Shown here: in pieces, positions 38,646-50,154 of the stretch
How positions within the stretch are numbered: the stretch's first letter is position 1
Layout: each line of letters starts with the position of its first letter
Origin: an uncultured virus (IMG/VR IMGVR_UViG_3300008259_003761)
Lineage: Duplodnaviria > Heunggongvirae > Uroviricota > Caudoviricetes
Virus record (IMG/VR): IMGVR_UViG_3300008259_003761
Reading direction: 5' to 3' (one strand)
DNA: 64,000 nucleotides
Made by a program: the position numbers and the translations under genes
The notes under the pieces: model-generated
What the model was told of the DNA's origin: nothing
The model's database searches: none
The model's input: only the letters and a program-made list of their open reading frames with translations

Positions 38646-39149
38646 ATGAATACAGATAAATTGTTAAAAGCAATTCAAATTCTCATAAAAGAAGAACTTA
38701 AAGAAACACTTCCAAAATTAATAAAAGAAAGTGTTAAAATGGAAGTTAAGAGAATTTTGGCTGAAAATAAAGTATCTCAACCCAAAAAAGCTGAGAGTAG
38801 CTTATCTATGGCTAAGGCTATATTAGGTAATGAAGATACTATAATTGAAAACGTAGAAAAGAAAGTTTACACCAAAAATGGTATGATTAACGATATTCTA
38901 AACGAAACCAGAATGCAATATGCTGGCTCTCCATATGAAGTGTCTGAATCTACTATGGTTTTCGATTCTTCTAATGTACCTATGTCAACTGGTATTGCAC
39001 CGGATTTAAGAGCTCAAATGGCAGCTAAAATGGGATATAGTGATATGGGTGGTAAAAGAACTGGATTGGGTGTACAAACCGGTGTGGCTGAATTAGATAA
39101 AGCATTCAATAGAGATTATAGCGAATTGGTAAAAAGATTTAAGAAGTAA
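38646..39149 (+). CDS. conserved phage protein (L/I-x-E-rich, possibly virion-internal)
   Basis: LIKEE, LIKES, ILAE, ILNET; C-terminal RDYSEL. Confidence 0.65.
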   Translation: MNTDKLLKAIQILIKEELKETLPKLIKESVKMEVKRILAENKVSQPKKAESSLSMAKAILGNEDTIIENVEKKVYTKNGMINDILNETRMQYAGSPYEVSESTMVFDSSNVPMSTGIAPDLRAQMAAKMGYSDMGGKRTGLGVQTGVAELDKAFNRDYSELVKRFKK

Positions 39150-39571
39150 TGGCAATAGTATTAGGACAAAGAAAGGTTAAAGATTTAAAAGAATTCGAAG
39201 ATTATGCGATTGGTATAACGTTACCTCTCCAGATTGGAAATACTGCCTTTAATCAATCTTTTAAAACTATTGACCAGGTTAAAACAAATATAAAAAATTT
39301 GTTATTAACTAAGAAAAGAGAAAGAGTAATGCAACCAAATTTAGGAAGCGGTTTGCAAGAACTTCTTTTTGATTTTAATGATGATACGTTAGCAGAAAAA
39401 ATAGAGCAAACTATTACAGACGCTATTCAAACTTGGTTACCATATATTAATATAGAAGAAATAAACGTACAACAATCAAATGAACTAAAGGATTCGAACA
39501 GAGTTGGTATATCTTTATCATTTACTGTTGGAAATGAGGTTGATTTAAATAGCGTAAGCTTTACAATATAA
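39149..39571 (+). CDS. baseplate wedge subunit gp25-like
   Basis: NIKNLLLT...ERVMQPNLGS.L..LLF...I..WLP. Confidence 0.9.
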   Translation: MAIVLGQRKVKDLKEFEDYAIGITLPLQIGNTAFNQSFKTIDQVKTNIKNLLLTKKRERVMQPNLGSGLQELLFDFNDDTLAEKIEQTITDAIQTWLPYINIEEINVQQSNELKDSNRVGISLSFTVGNEVDLNSVSFTI

Positions 39572-39576
39572 CAAAA

Positions 39577-41616
39577 ATGGCATTAACCACATCAAATAAC
39601 AATTTTACAAATAGAGGTAAGGATATAAAGTATCTTAATAAGGACTTTGCTAGCTTTCGTGCAAATTTAATAGAATTTACAAAAGCTTATTTTCCAAAAA
39701 CTTATTCGGATTTTAATGAAACTTCACCTGGTATGATGTTTATTGAATTAGCATCATATGTTGGTGATTCACTATCTTATTATGTAGATGATACACTTAA
39801 AGAATCTTTTTTAGCATACGCTGAAGATACTCAAAGTGTTTTGGCGTTATCTCAATTTATGGGATATAAACCAAAAGTAACATCACCTGCAATAACAACT
39901 CTTTCTTTATATCAATTAGTACCTTCTATTGGTAGTGGTGCTAGTAATCAACCTGACTCTATGTATTATTTGAGAGTGAAAGAAGGTATGAGAGTTGAAT
40001 CCACTACAAGTCCAAAAGTTTTATTTAGAACAACGGATGTTGTAGATTTTTCAGAAGATTCAAATAGAGAAATAACGGTATATCAAAGAGATTCAAATAC
40101 TGGAGAACCAACATTTTATTTAGTTAAAAAACAAGTATCTGCAATTTCTGCGGAAGAAGTAACTCAAACTTTTGATTTTGGTTCATATGAATCATTCAGA
40201 AAAATTAATTTATCTGATACAAATATAATTCAAATATATGATGTTAGGGATGATAATGGTAATAAATGGTATGAAGTTCCTTATTTGGCACAAGAAACTA
40301 TATTCATAGAGCAACCAAATACGGAAATAAATGACCAAGACCTTTATCAATTTAAATCTACTGTACCTTATGTTTTAAAAACTATAAAGACATCAAAAAG
40401 ATTCACAACTTTAGTAAATCCTGATAGTACAACAACTATACAATTCGGTGTAGGTGACCCATCGGCAAACGATGAATTACTTATACCAAATATGAAAAAT
40501 GTTGGATTGGGTTTACCAAATTCAATTAGTAGATTAGAAGAATCATTTGACCCTACTAACTTTTTAAAAACCAAAACATACGGAGTATCACCAGCTAATA
40601 CAACATTAACTGTAAAGTATTTTGTAGGTGGTGGTATTGTATCAAATGTAGCTAAGGGTACATTGACTAGATTAAATGGAGTTGAGTACGAAGAAGATTT
40701 AACTAAATTTACTGTACAAGAAAGAATATTATATAATACAGTCAAAAACTCTTTGGCAGTAGATAATGAAATCCCAGCTACTGGTGGTAGAGGCGGTGAA
40801 ACTATTGAAGAAATTAGACAAAATGCTTTGGCAAATTTTGGTTCACAAAATAGAGCAGTAACCGCAAAGGATTATCAAGTTAGAGCATTATCTATGCCTG
40901 CTAGGTTTGGGGGTATTGCTAAAGCATACGCTACTGCTGATGGTACATTAGATAATAACTCACCATCATCTATTCTTGCATCACCAAATACATTACAAGA
41001 GTTTACCGATTTGGTAATGAGTTTTGTAAATAAACCAGATAGTGAAGAACCAAATACACAAAGTGTAAAGGATGAAATTCAAAAGTTTTTAATTGGAAAA
41101 ACTTCAAATGAAAATGAAAAAAATAATCCGTTTGCTATAAACCTTTATTTGTTGGGATATGATAATGCTGGTAGATTGACTCAATTAAACAGAGCAGTTA
41201 AAGAAAATTTAAAAACATATCTAAACGAATATAGAATTCTAACCGATGGTATTAATATAAATGATGGATTTATTATAAACATTGGAATTGAGTTTGAAGT
41301 AATTTGCTATCCAAATTATAATAAAAGTGAAGTTGTTGCAAAATGTATATCTCAACTAAAAGATTATTTTAATATGGATAAGTGGAGTTTTAACCACACT
41401 ATTAATCTTAGTGAAGTTGAATTAGCATTGGCAAATGTTGAGGGAGTATCATCAGTTCCTATGGTTAAGATTATAAATAAATGTGGAGGTAATTATACAA
41501 ATAACTCATATAATATAGATGCGGCAACTAAAGGTAAGATTATATATCCATCATTAGACCCATCAGTTTTTGAAATTAAGTTTCCTGATTCAGATATTAA
41601 AGGGAGGGCAAGATAA
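39577..41616 (+). CDS. baseplate wedge protein (T4 gp6 / baseplate J-like)
   Basis: KDF..FR, SYVGD.LSYY, QFG.G, GG...ETIEEIR and QNRAVT..DY motifs. Confidence 0.85.
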   Translation: MALTTSNNNFTNRGKDIKYLNKDFASFRANLIEFTKAYFPKTYSDFNETSPGMMFIELASYVGDSLSYYVDDTLKESFLAYAEDTQSVLALSQFMGYKPKVTSPAITTLSLYQLVPSIGSGASNQPDSMYYLRVKEGMRVESTTSPKVLFRTTDVVDFSEDSNREITVYQRDSNTGEPTFYLVKKQVSAISAEEVTQTFDFGSYESFRKINLSDTNIIQIYDVRDDNGNKWYEVPYLAQETIFIEQPNTEINDQDLYQFKSTVPYVLKTIKTSKRFTTLVNPDSTTTIQFGVGDPSANDELLIPNMKNVGLGLPNSISRLEESFDPTNFLKTKTYGVSPANTTLTVKYFVGGGIVSNVAKGTLTRLNGVEYEEDLTKFTVQERILYNTVKNSLAVDNEIPATGGRGGETIEEIRQNALANFGSQNRAVTAKDYQVRALSMPARFGGIAKAYATADGTLDNNSPSSILASPNTLQEFTDLVMSFVNKPDSEEPNTQSVKDEIQKFLIGKTSNENEKNNPFAINLYLLGYDNAGRLTQLNRAVKENLKTYLNEYRILTDGININDGFIINIGIEFEVICYPNYNKSEVVAKCISQLKDYFNMDKWSFNHTINLSEVELALANVEGVSSVPMVKIINKCGGNYTNNSYNIDAATKGKIIYPSLDPSVFEIKFPDSDIKGRAR

Positions 41617-42686
41617 TGGCATACTATTTTATGACAGCATCAAAAGATGCATCGATATACCTACAACAGCCTAACCAAAACGCAGGGCTTGATGAGATAT
41701 TAGAAATAAGTAAAGTTTACTATGGTACGATAAAAGACGTATCAAGAGCTCTTATAAAATTTGATGTTGGTTATATATCATCATCCATATCAACTGGAAC
41801 TATTAAACTTCAAGAAGCTAACTTAATTTTAAGAGAAGCCCAAAGTGAAGAAATTCCATTGGAATATACAATATATGCATTTCCAATAAGTGGTAGTTGG
41901 GAAATGGGTAAGGGTACTAGGTTTGATGATATATCAACCGCTGGTGTTACTTGGAATTATAGAGAAGGTGATTCAAAATTAGATTGGTTAGAAAATACAT
42001 TAGAAGTTGGAAGTGATGCAAATCCTAACAATGGTACTGGGGGAACTTGGTATTTGACTAGTGGTTCTACTCAATCATTTAATTACCAAACATCCGATAT
42101 ACAAATGGATGTTAAAAACATGCTTAAAGCATGGATGAGTGGTTCTTTAACAAACGATGGTATTATACTAAAGCATTCTGATTCTAAGGAAAATGATACG
42201 CAAGATTATGGTATCATAAAACTATTTAGTAAAGAAACCAATACAATACACCAACCAAAAATAAGAATAGGTTGGGATGACCAAATATTTTCAACCGGTT
42301 CTTTATCTGAATTGGTAGTTGATGATATTATTGTTGGAATAAAAAACTTTAAAACAGAATATAAGTTAGAAGCAACACCAACATTAAGAATATTTGGTAG
42401 AGAAAGATATCCATTAAAAACTTTTTCAACAACATTTCAATATAACAATATAAAATATCTACCTGAAACATCATATTATCAAATAAAAGATTTTGCTTCT
42501 GATGATATCATTATACCTTTTTCGGATTACTCAAAGATTAGTTGTGATAGTGATGGAAACTACATTAAATTAAACTTATCAAATTGGGAAGCTGATAGAG
42601 TATATAAGATTGAATTCAAAATTGAATCAAATGGAAGTATCCAATATTTTGATGGCGATTATACATTTAGTGTAGTAAAAAAGTAA
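41616..42686 (+). CDS. virion structural protein (DNRLRE-like beta-sandwich)
   Basis: KDASIY...N.GLDEILE, SRALIKFD, F.SKET....PK; baseplate context. Confidence 0.65.
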   Translation: MAYYFMTASKDASIYLQQPNQNAGLDEILEISKVYYGTIKDVSRALIKFDVGYISSSISTGTIKLQEANLILREAQSEEIPLEYTIYAFPISGSWEMGKGTRFDDISTAGVTWNYREGDSKLDWLENTLEVGSDANPNNGTGGTWYLTSGSTQSFNYQTSDIQMDVKNMLKAWMSGSLTNDGIILKHSDSKENDTQDYGIIKLFSKETNTIHQPKIRIGWDDQIFSTGSLSELVVDDIIVGIKNFKTEYKLEATPTLRIFGRERYPLKTFSTTFQYNNIKYLPETSYYQIKDFASDDIIIPFSDYSKISCDSDGNYIKLNLSNWEADRVYKIEFKIESNGSIQYFDGDYTFSVVKK

Positions 42687-42687
42687 T

Positions 42688-43695
42688 ATGAATAATAACA
42701 CAGGACTTAAAAATGAGGTTCTCATTTCAGAACTATTAACCAGCGGTTCTTTGGCATTACCTGCCAAAAACGAATATGGTGTCCATTTGTTTGATTCAAA
42801 AAATTTAGAAGATGGTGTTGTAAGTGGTAAATTGGTTAAACCAAAATATAATGAAGAGGAACTTCTTAAATCAGTTGATACTACAATTATTGAACTTCTT
42901 CCAATTGCAGCACCTGATTTACCTGATACTGTTTTAAGGTCTATTTATAACGAAGCAACTCAATCAATATTAGATTTAAGAGTAGAAGTTAGAAGGTTAA
43001 ATAATGAAAATTCTGATTTAAGAGCAAAAGTTCAAGAATTAGAAATTATATCTCAAAGTTTAAGAGTGGAATTGGATTCTAAAGAATTGGTTGTGGCAGC
43101 TGCTCAAAATCAATCGTATCAATCGAATTTAAAAGTATCATCAACTATAACCGAATTACAAAATGCTATTCAAAAGGCAACAATAGAATCTATTCAAAGA
43201 GTTTCATTATTTGCAAGAAATCAATCATTGGAACAAGAATTGGTTAATCTAAGAGAACAACTATTTGGTAAAGAAGGTAAAGCAGCAGAGGGAGCAGCAG
43301 TTAGTGATTCATTCTCAGCTAAAATTCTTGAAGTTGCAAATAAAGATTTGGCAAATATAGCTTATAGAGCAAGAGCAAATCAAAATACCGAAGAATGGAT
43401 TAACGGACCTACTTTGGAATTAACAAACTTTACAACAAACAAAACAATAACGGTTACGTTTAGTTTAGATGGGGCTTCAATTTTTAACGCACCAACTCAA
43501 CAAACGTTAGCACCTGGTGAAACTAAAAAGATTAAATTGGTTGAAAACAAAAATTGGATTAGAGACCAGAAACCGAAAAATAGTGTTGGTACAAGCGGTG
43601 ATAGAGAATATAGAGGTTCTTTAAAAATAACACCAAGTGAAGGTTCACCAATATCGTTATCAACATATTTGAAAAAATTCAGAGGTTCTAGTTAA
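42688..43695 (+). CDS. virion protein with coiled coil and C-terminal Ig-like domain
   Basis: Central heptad repeats; TLAPGETKKI. Confidence 0.6.
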   Translation: MNNNTGLKNEVLISELLTSGSLALPAKNEYGVHLFDSKNLEDGVVSGKLVKPKYNEEELLKSVDTTIIELLPIAAPDLPDTVLRSIYNEATQSILDLRVEVRRLNNENSDLRAKVQELEIISQSLRVELDSKELVVAAAQNQSYQSNLKVSSTITELQNAIQKATIESIQRVSLFARNQSLEQELVNLREQLFGKEGKAAEGAAVSDSFSAKILEVANKDLANIAYRARANQNTEEWINGPTLELTNFTTNKTITVTFSLDGASIFNAPTQQTLAPGETKKIKLVENKNWIRDQKPKNSVGTSGDREYRGSLKITPSEGSPISLSTYLKKFRGSS

Positions 43696-43704
43696 TTATA
43701 AGAT

Positions 43705-44967
43705 ATGGCTATACAAACTATAAAAGAAATCATTAATAATAAGGGATACCTTATTGATTCGAAAGATAGACAAATCTTCGAAAATGGAGACTTGCGTTCA
43801 TTTTTTGGATTAAGTACTAATGATGCCATAGAGTTTATAATATATGATGTAAATAATAATCAATTACCACAATCAGATGGTAAATTGGTTAGATATATCC
43901 CACTATCTACGGAAAACATTAGAGATTATTTATTAATAGCAGATGGGACTATTTTTCAAAGATATCAGTTACCAAAAGAATATTTTGTTGATGTTGAAAG
44001 ATTATTGAGAGAGGCTGGATATGATAATGGAATTTTTAAAACACAAATCACTTTAGTAAATAAAAGAATTGGTAGCGATTATGTTACCGATAAACTTTGG
44101 ATATCTGAAATATCACCATCAAGAACAGAAGTAAGATTGTTTCCATTAAAGAAAAACCAAAGACCCGAAATATTACAAAACTTACAAGAAAGATTTGATT
44201 TATTTAAAAGAGATGGTGAATTTAGAGAAGATACAATAAATGAGGCTTTTGCATATGTTGAAAAAATAAACCCATCTACAATAGGTACATATCTTAAAGT
44301 AAAATATGGTGATGCTTGGTTTTCTACATTAGTTGATGAATATAAAATTTCTGATTTTGATAAATTTTTAACTGAAATTCATTCAAAATTTTTACAAGGT
44401 TGTGTGTATGAATTTACAAATAGAATTTCCAACATAAATGATATAAATTATGGTAAACCAAAAACTGAACAAGTTAGTATATCATTGGATGTAGCTACTA
44501 TTAAAGCAAATATTCAAAGAATATTAGCATCAGTATTGAAAAACTATTTATTACAACCTGATGTAAAAATTTCATCGGATATAACAAAAGTTACAAACAA
44601 TAGTGTAGATGATGTTGAGCAAATTTTAATAACATCCAAATCCGACATTATTATTCAACCAAAAGAAAAAGAAACTGTTTTAACTAAAATAGAATTCAAA
44701 AAACCAGCGGTAACTGAAACTAAAAAAGATTTGGATAATAAGATAGATGAGTTGATAAAAGATACAACGGTAATAAAAGATACAAAAACTCCAATAGTTA
44801 TATCTACTCCTGTAAATGAACCGGATTATATACCAACCCCACCACCAACATATAGTGGTGGAAGTGGTGGTACTACAACTCGTGTTGCGGTGATGAATAG
44901 AAATAATAATTTCACCGAAAACGATTCATCAACGGAATATTTATCAAGAAACCAAGCACAATTATAA
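43705..44967 (+). CDS. putative baseplate structural protein
   Basis: ISEISPSRTEVRL motif; context. Confidence 0.6.
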   Translation: MAIQTIKEIINNKGYLIDSKDRQIFENGDLRSFFGLSTNDAIEFIIYDVNNNQLPQSDGKLVRYIPLSTENIRDYLLIADGTIFQRYQLPKEYFVDVERLLREAGYDNGIFKTQITLVNKRIGSDYVTDKLWISEISPSRTEVRLFPLKKNQRPEILQNLQERFDLFKRDGEFREDTINEAFAYVEKINPSTIGTYLKVKYGDAWFSTLVDEYKISDFDKFLTEIHSKFLQGCVYEFTNRISNINDINYGKPKTEQVSISLDVATIKANIQRILASVLKNYLLQPDVKISSDITKVTNNSVDDVEQILITSKSDIIIQPKEKETVLTKIEFKKPAVTETKKDLDNKIDELIKDTTVIKDTKTPIVISTPVNEPDYIPTPPPTYSGGSGGTTTRVAVMNRNNNFTENDSSTEYLSRNQAQL

Positions 44968-44982
44968 ACTTGTAATAAGTAG

Positions 44983-47900
44983 ATGCCAAGATTAATACAA
45001 ATAGAAAGTAATTTTCAACCATTAAGTGAAGCGGAATTTTTAAATACTGTCCCTACACTGGATGGTGGTATTGATATTTCTGGTAAACCAACAATAGTTA
45101 ATCCAAGCACGGGATTAACAACTACTCTTACAAACGATTTTAGATTAGTTGGAACTACTTCATATGCACAAGATTTTTATTTTTATGTAACAACATCAAA
45201 ACCAAATTCGGTAATATTTGTTAACAATGAAAATACGTTTAAAACAACACCAAATACAGTTGTTTTAAATCTTGCTGATGTAGTTGCAAACTCTAACAAA
45301 TATACAATTACTGTACAAAAACAAGGGTTTGTTAATAATGAAAAATATGAAATAGATGCTGTATTAACTAGAAAGTATTCTGAAAATACTATTGGTTCTA
45401 GTGGATTAACACCAACTGAAACTTCTTATAATAAATTTGATGTAAACGGAAATGTTGTTTTTAATACAATTAATGATTCAATAAGAACAACCGAACCAAT
45501 TTACACAACATCTCCTGTATATACTTTACGAATTAAAAAGTATGTAAATAATGTAATTGTACCATACGAATATAATGTTGATTCTCAAAGTAAAGAATTA
45601 GTATTTGATAATTTTTCATTAGAATCATCCGAAATTGCGCCACCCGTAGAAATACAAACGGCAAAGGTAACGTTAAATCTTTCTGGGGCTGATGAATCTG
45701 CTGTATATACGTTAAACGATTCATCGCCAATCCCAATATCATCTGGATTATCAAATGTAGATATTCCAGTTGGTACTGAAATAACAATCGCATCTACTAA
45801 TACAAATCAGTTTAAAATAAGTAAAATTATTTCAACTGGAGCTGTTGTAAGTGATTCAACAAATGAGAGTGATGTATTACCAGTAGCTTCTAGAAGAGCA
45901 ATATTTCAAACTAATATAAGAAATAGACAAAGTACATCTATACCATCTGATAGTATAGATAATACTGATAGTAAAACACTTAAATTTACACTAACCGCAG
46001 ATATAGCAATTTCTATAACAACGGAAAATGTAGTACAAATTATAAAAAGTATTCCTGTAATACAAGCAAACGTAAAGGATAGCAAATATAATATAAATTC
46101 TAAAAGTGGATTTCCAATATCAATAATATCTACTGGAGTTTTAACGAAAATAAAAGCTTATATAGCCGATTCTCTAATAGAGTTTACGGATTTTTCTAAA
46201 GAACAGGATAGTAATTTATCTATAATTGTAATACCACATAAGTACATTTCTACGATAGGTAATTACAATATAGAATTAGTCCCATCAAATAATAGTGGAG
46301 ATGGTAAAAGTATAAGTGTTTTAGTAAACGTTGTAAATGAAACATATGTTACTAAACCGGACATACAAAATATTATATACCCAGCTACAATAAAAGGACC
46401 TGATTATGTTGGTACTAATGTTGATTTTGAAATAAGTTGGAATAGTACAAATACTGATTTTGTTAAAATAGGTAAGGTAGGTGGAACATCTACATTACAA
46501 TCACCTGCTTCTGGTAAAGTTAAATTAAACGTATCTGAATTATTAAAATTAGATGGTACTCCTATTGAAGAAAAAGATGGTGTAATAGTATTACAACTTA
46601 AATTAACACCATACAATACAAGCACCAATAAAAGTATTTTTGGAAATAGTGAAATTATAACTATAAGGTTTGAAAAGGGAAGATTAACTATACCTAGAAA
46701 TGTAGCTATTAATAGAATCATTGATGGGTTTGTATCTCAATTAGATGATACTATTTTTGAAAATGAAAATTCAAAATATCTAACTCATTTATTACATTTG
46801 GGTGAAGGTAATAATAAAGTAATTACAACTTGGACTGGTGATGGTGATTCGTTAATATTAAAATTGTACGAACCATTATCCACAGCAATACAACCAAATC
46901 AGCAAGTTTGGATTTCCAAAATTCAAGCAAGTCCAATAGTTGAAACTATTACAATTAGTGGAGAAAGTGACAAATATTGTCCACCACTAAAAGGACCTAA
47001 TTTTTCATTAGAACCTGATAATGGTGTTGGATATAAAATATTTGATGAATTAATAGCAAGCGGTTCTACAACATCAACAAGTTTAGCAAATAGGTATCTA
47101 TCAACAAATGGAATAGATACATCTGAATTAAATATTCATTATGTAAGTGGTTCTGAATTTATTTGGGATAATTTTGTACACTTTGGTTCAGCAGAAGAAA
47201 GAGTAAATAACTTTTTATATAAAGTACAATTAATAGAAACATATCAGAACAAATATGATAATTTAATATCAAGTTCAGCATCTGGTTCGTTTTATTTAGA
47301 AAAAGAAAAAGAAACTCTTCAAACAAATATTGCAAATGTTGTAAATATATTTGATGGATTTGAAAAGTATCTATATGAAGAAACTTCATCGTTAGCATAT
47401 CCAAAAGCTGGTGGTTTATTAGTACCATCTACAAGTACATTAGCAACAAATTGGTATGATAGTACTGTTGCTGAAGCAGCTGGATTTGATAAAGATAATA
47501 CGGATTATTTTGTAAATAATGTACCTGAATTTATAAAAGAGGATTACGATAACGCTCAGTTCTTATTGTTTATGGATATGATTGGACAACACTTTGATGT
47601 GATTTGGTCATATATAAACGCTATTAATAGAGCAAAAATTGTAGATGAAGATAAAGAAATTGGTATACCTGATAAGCTTGTTTGGCATCTATTAAAATCA
47701 TTAGGTTGGGAAGGTAAAAGAGCGTTTGATTCTCAATTCCTTTGGGAATATGCTTTTGGTCAATATAAAGATGGTACACAAAAGTATTCAATACCATTGT
47801 ATGAAGCTAATAATCAAATTTGGAGAAGAATTGTAAACAACCTTCCGTATTTGATGAAGCATAAGGGAACTGCTAGAGCAATGAAAGCTGTAATGGCTTG

Positions 47901-50100
47901 TTATGGTGTTCCACAATCAATGTTAACAATTATGGAATTTGGTGGACCTCAAGACCCAACTAAGGGTGGTACTACCAAATTTACATTTGAGGATAGAACG
48001 GCAGCAATACATTTACAAGACCCATCATTAATAAGAGTTCCATGGCATACAGTAGTATCCAGTGGAAAGCATCCAAACGCTATAGAGTTCAGAATAAAAC
48101 CGGATATTGTGGAAAGTTCTACAATTTTGTCTGGTAGTGAGTTTAGTTTTGATATAGTACAACAAACGGGTTCATACGCTAAACTTCAAATAAATTTAGG
48201 TGCTGGTAACAGTCCGTATATAGAAAGTCCATTTGTTAGTGCTTCCGTTACAACTACATATTTTGATTTATCATCAACTTATGTATTAGGACCTGAAACT
48301 GCAACTGGTAGTTTAGAATTCCCATTATCATCAACTGAATATAGTAATATATTAATCAATAGACATGAATTAGGTGGAAGTGCGGCTTGGTTTGAAGTAT
48401 TGTTAGCAACCGCTGAAAAAGATAGAATTAAGACTTATGTTAGTATGTCAATTCTAACTGATACGGCTGGTGCGTGGACAAGTGGCTCTGAACTTGTTAT
48501 CGGAAATGATTATAATGGTATGTTAGATGAGTTCCGTTTATGGAGAGTTCCATTACAACCATCTAAATTTGAAAATCATACACTTTTTCCTGATGCTATA
48601 AATGGTAACTCATATACATCATCAACTGAAGATTTATTATTCCGTTTGGATTTTGAATTACCAAAAGATAGAACGAAATACGAAAATATTGGAATTAAAA
48701 ACGTTGCTATAAATACAAGTTATGGTGAACCATTTGCAGCAGCTGGTATTGGATTATTTTATTCAGCATCTTCATATCCATATCAATATGAAGTTTATGA
48801 AAGAACTGTTACTGCTGATGTTCCATCTTTAGGAATGGCTTATTCAAATAAAATTCGTTTTGAAGATACTGAATTAGTAAGTGATTTATCACATAGAGTT
48901 AGAGCAACTAAAAAATCATTTGATAGAGCTCCTATTGATTCATCTCGTTTAGGATTATTTTTCTCTCCAATTAAGGAGTTAAATATGGATATCTTAAAAG
49001 CGTTTGGTAAGTTCAATATTGATAATTACATTGGTGACCCATCAGATGAGTATAAAGATAATTATAAGGAGTTAGAAACATTAAGAGGTTATTATTTTGA
49101 AAGATTGGATAGAAACTTAAATGAATATATTCAATTAGTTAAAAATGTAGATAAATCTTTATTTGATGTACTTACTGATTTAGCACCTGCTAGAGCAAAG
49201 GTTTCAAAGGGATTGTTAATAGAACCTCACTATTTAGAAAGAAGTAAAACTCGTTGGGATAAACCGGTAGCTGAGCAAAATAACTATGATAGTTCAATTG
49301 ATACACAAGAAAACGTAAATATAGAATCAGAGTATAGAGCTTATAATTCTGAATTGGATATTGATAGTGGAGTTAATTTAACTATGGATGTTCCATCTTA
49401 TGATACTGAAATAATACCAATAGATGATACTTCTTTACAATCAGAATATTTAACTTACGATAGTTTAATAGATACCGCAGAATTAACTTTAATTGAAGCT
49501 GATGCACCATTTTATGATGTTGAAATACAAATTCCAAACGGAGCAGCTTTAACTGGTGAAGCTGATGCATTTAGTTTCCAAGCAATTGGTATGGATGGTG
49601 ATTCGCTTGCTAACTTAGGATTTGGATTGTATGCAAAAAATGGTGTTGGTATTTGGAGAAGATATGATATATTTGGAAATGTAACACAAAGTAGAACTAA
49701 TATGTATCTTGTTAAAGAGCAATATACTAAAAAAATATCAACTCAAACCGCTGGTTGGCCTGTTAATGGGGCTTTACCTGGTGAGCAGGTTGTTTACGAA
49801 AACGTTCCAGTTACATTTAACAAATATAGAGTTTCATTAATGCCATATAGTGGTAGTGTTTCGATTGGAAATGATATTGTGGAAGTTAAACCACTAAATG
49901 GATATTTCCCAACACACTATCGTTACACTAATAATTTAGGAGAAGGTATGATTCGCTCATTCTGGAAAGGTTCTCAACAAACCGCATCAACAACGCCTGA
50001 TGGGTTAAGTCCGGTAGAAACATTCACAACTAATCCTAATATTCTTAGAGTTGCTAAGACTGGTAGAGGTTCGGGTGAACCAATATTAGAGGTTGATTGA
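44983..50100 (+). CDS. large baseplate/tail structural protein (gp7-like) with LamG-like domain
   Basis: 1705 aa; MIGQHFD, KHKGT.RA...YG and G.LDEFRLW motifs. Confidence 0.7.
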   Translation: MPRLIQIESNFQPLSEAEFLNTVPTLDGGIDISGKPTIVNPSTGLTTTLTNDFRLVGTTSYAQDFYFYVTTSKPNSVIFVNNENTFKTTPNTVVLNLADVVANSNKYTITVQKQGFVNNEKYEIDAVLTRKYSENTIGSSGLTPTETSYNKFDVNGNVVFNTINDSIRTTEPIYTTSPVYTLRIKKYVNNVIVPYEYNVDSQSKELVFDNFSLESSEIAPPVEIQTAKVTLNLSGADESAVYTLNDSSPIPISSGLSNVDIPVGTEITIASTNTNQFKISKIISTGAVVSDSTNESDVLPVASRRAIFQTNIRNRQSTSIPSDSIDNTDSKTLKFTLTADIAISITTENVVQIIKSIPVIQANVKDSKYNINSKSGFPISIISTGVLTKIKAYIADSLIEFTDFSKEQDSNLSIIVIPHKYISTIGNYNIELVPSNNSGDGKSISVLVNVVNETYVTKPDIQNIIYPATIKGPDYVGTNVDFEISWNSTNTDFVKIGKVGGTSTLQSPASGKVKLNVSELLKLDGTPIEEKDGVIVLQLKLTPYNTSTNKSIFGNSEIITIRFEKGRLTIPRNVAINRIIDGFVSQLDDTIFENENSKYLTHLLHLGEGNNKVITTWTGDGDSLILKLYEPLSTAIQPNQQVWISKIQASPIVETITISGESDKYCPPLKGPNFSLEPDNGVGYKIFDELIASGSTTSTSLANRYLSTNGIDTSELNIHYVSGSEFIWDNFVHFGSAEERVNNFLYKVQLIETYQNKYDNLISSSASGSFYLEKEKETLQTNIANVVNIFDGFEKYLYEETSSLAYPKAGGLLVPSTSTLATNWYDSTVAEAAGFDKDNTDYFVNNVPEFIKEDYDNAQFLLFMDMIGQHFDVIWSYINAINRAKIVDEDKEIGIPDKLVWHLLKSLGWEGKRAFDSQFLWEYAFGQYKDGTQKYSIPLYEANNQIWRRIVNNLPYLMKHKGTARAMKAVMACYGVPQSMLTIMEFGGPQDPTKGGTTKFTFEDRTAAIHLQDPSLIRVPWHTVVSSGKHPNAIEFRIKPDIVESSTILSGSEFSFDIVQQTGSYAKLQINLGAGNSPYIESPFVSASVTTTYFDLSSTYVLGPETATGSLEFPLSSTEYSNILINRHELGGSAAWFEVLLATAEKDRIKTYVSMSILTDTAGAWTSGSELVIGNDYNGMLDEFRLWRVPLQPSKFENHTLFPDAINGNSYTSSTEDLLFRLDFELPKDRTKYENIGIKNVAINTSYGEPFAAAGIGLFYSASSYPYQYEVYERTVTADVPSLGMAYSNKIRFEDTELVSDLSHRVRATKKSFDRAPIDSSRLGLFFSPIKELNMDILKAFGKFNIDNYIGDPSDEYKDNYKELETLRGYYFERLDRNLNEYIQLVKNVDKSLFDVLTDLAPARAKVSKGLLIEPHYLERSKTRWDKPVAEQNNYDSSIDTQENVNIESEYRAYNSELDIDSGVNLTMDVPSYDTEIIPIDDTSLQSEYLTYDSLIDTAELTLIEADAPFYDVEIQIPNGAALTGEADAFSFQAIGMDGDSLANLGFGLYAKNGVGIWRRYDIFGNVTQSRTNMYLVKEQYTKKISTQTAGWPVNGALPGEQVVYENVPVTFNKYRVSLMPYSGSVSIGNDIVEVKPLNGYFPTHYRYTNNLGEGMIRSFWKGSQQTASTTPDGLSPVETFTTNPNILRVAKTGRGSGEPILEVD

Positions 50101-50154
50101 TAAATTTGTAAAAAGGTTATATTTATAGATAACGAAAATAAAAGCATTTGTCTT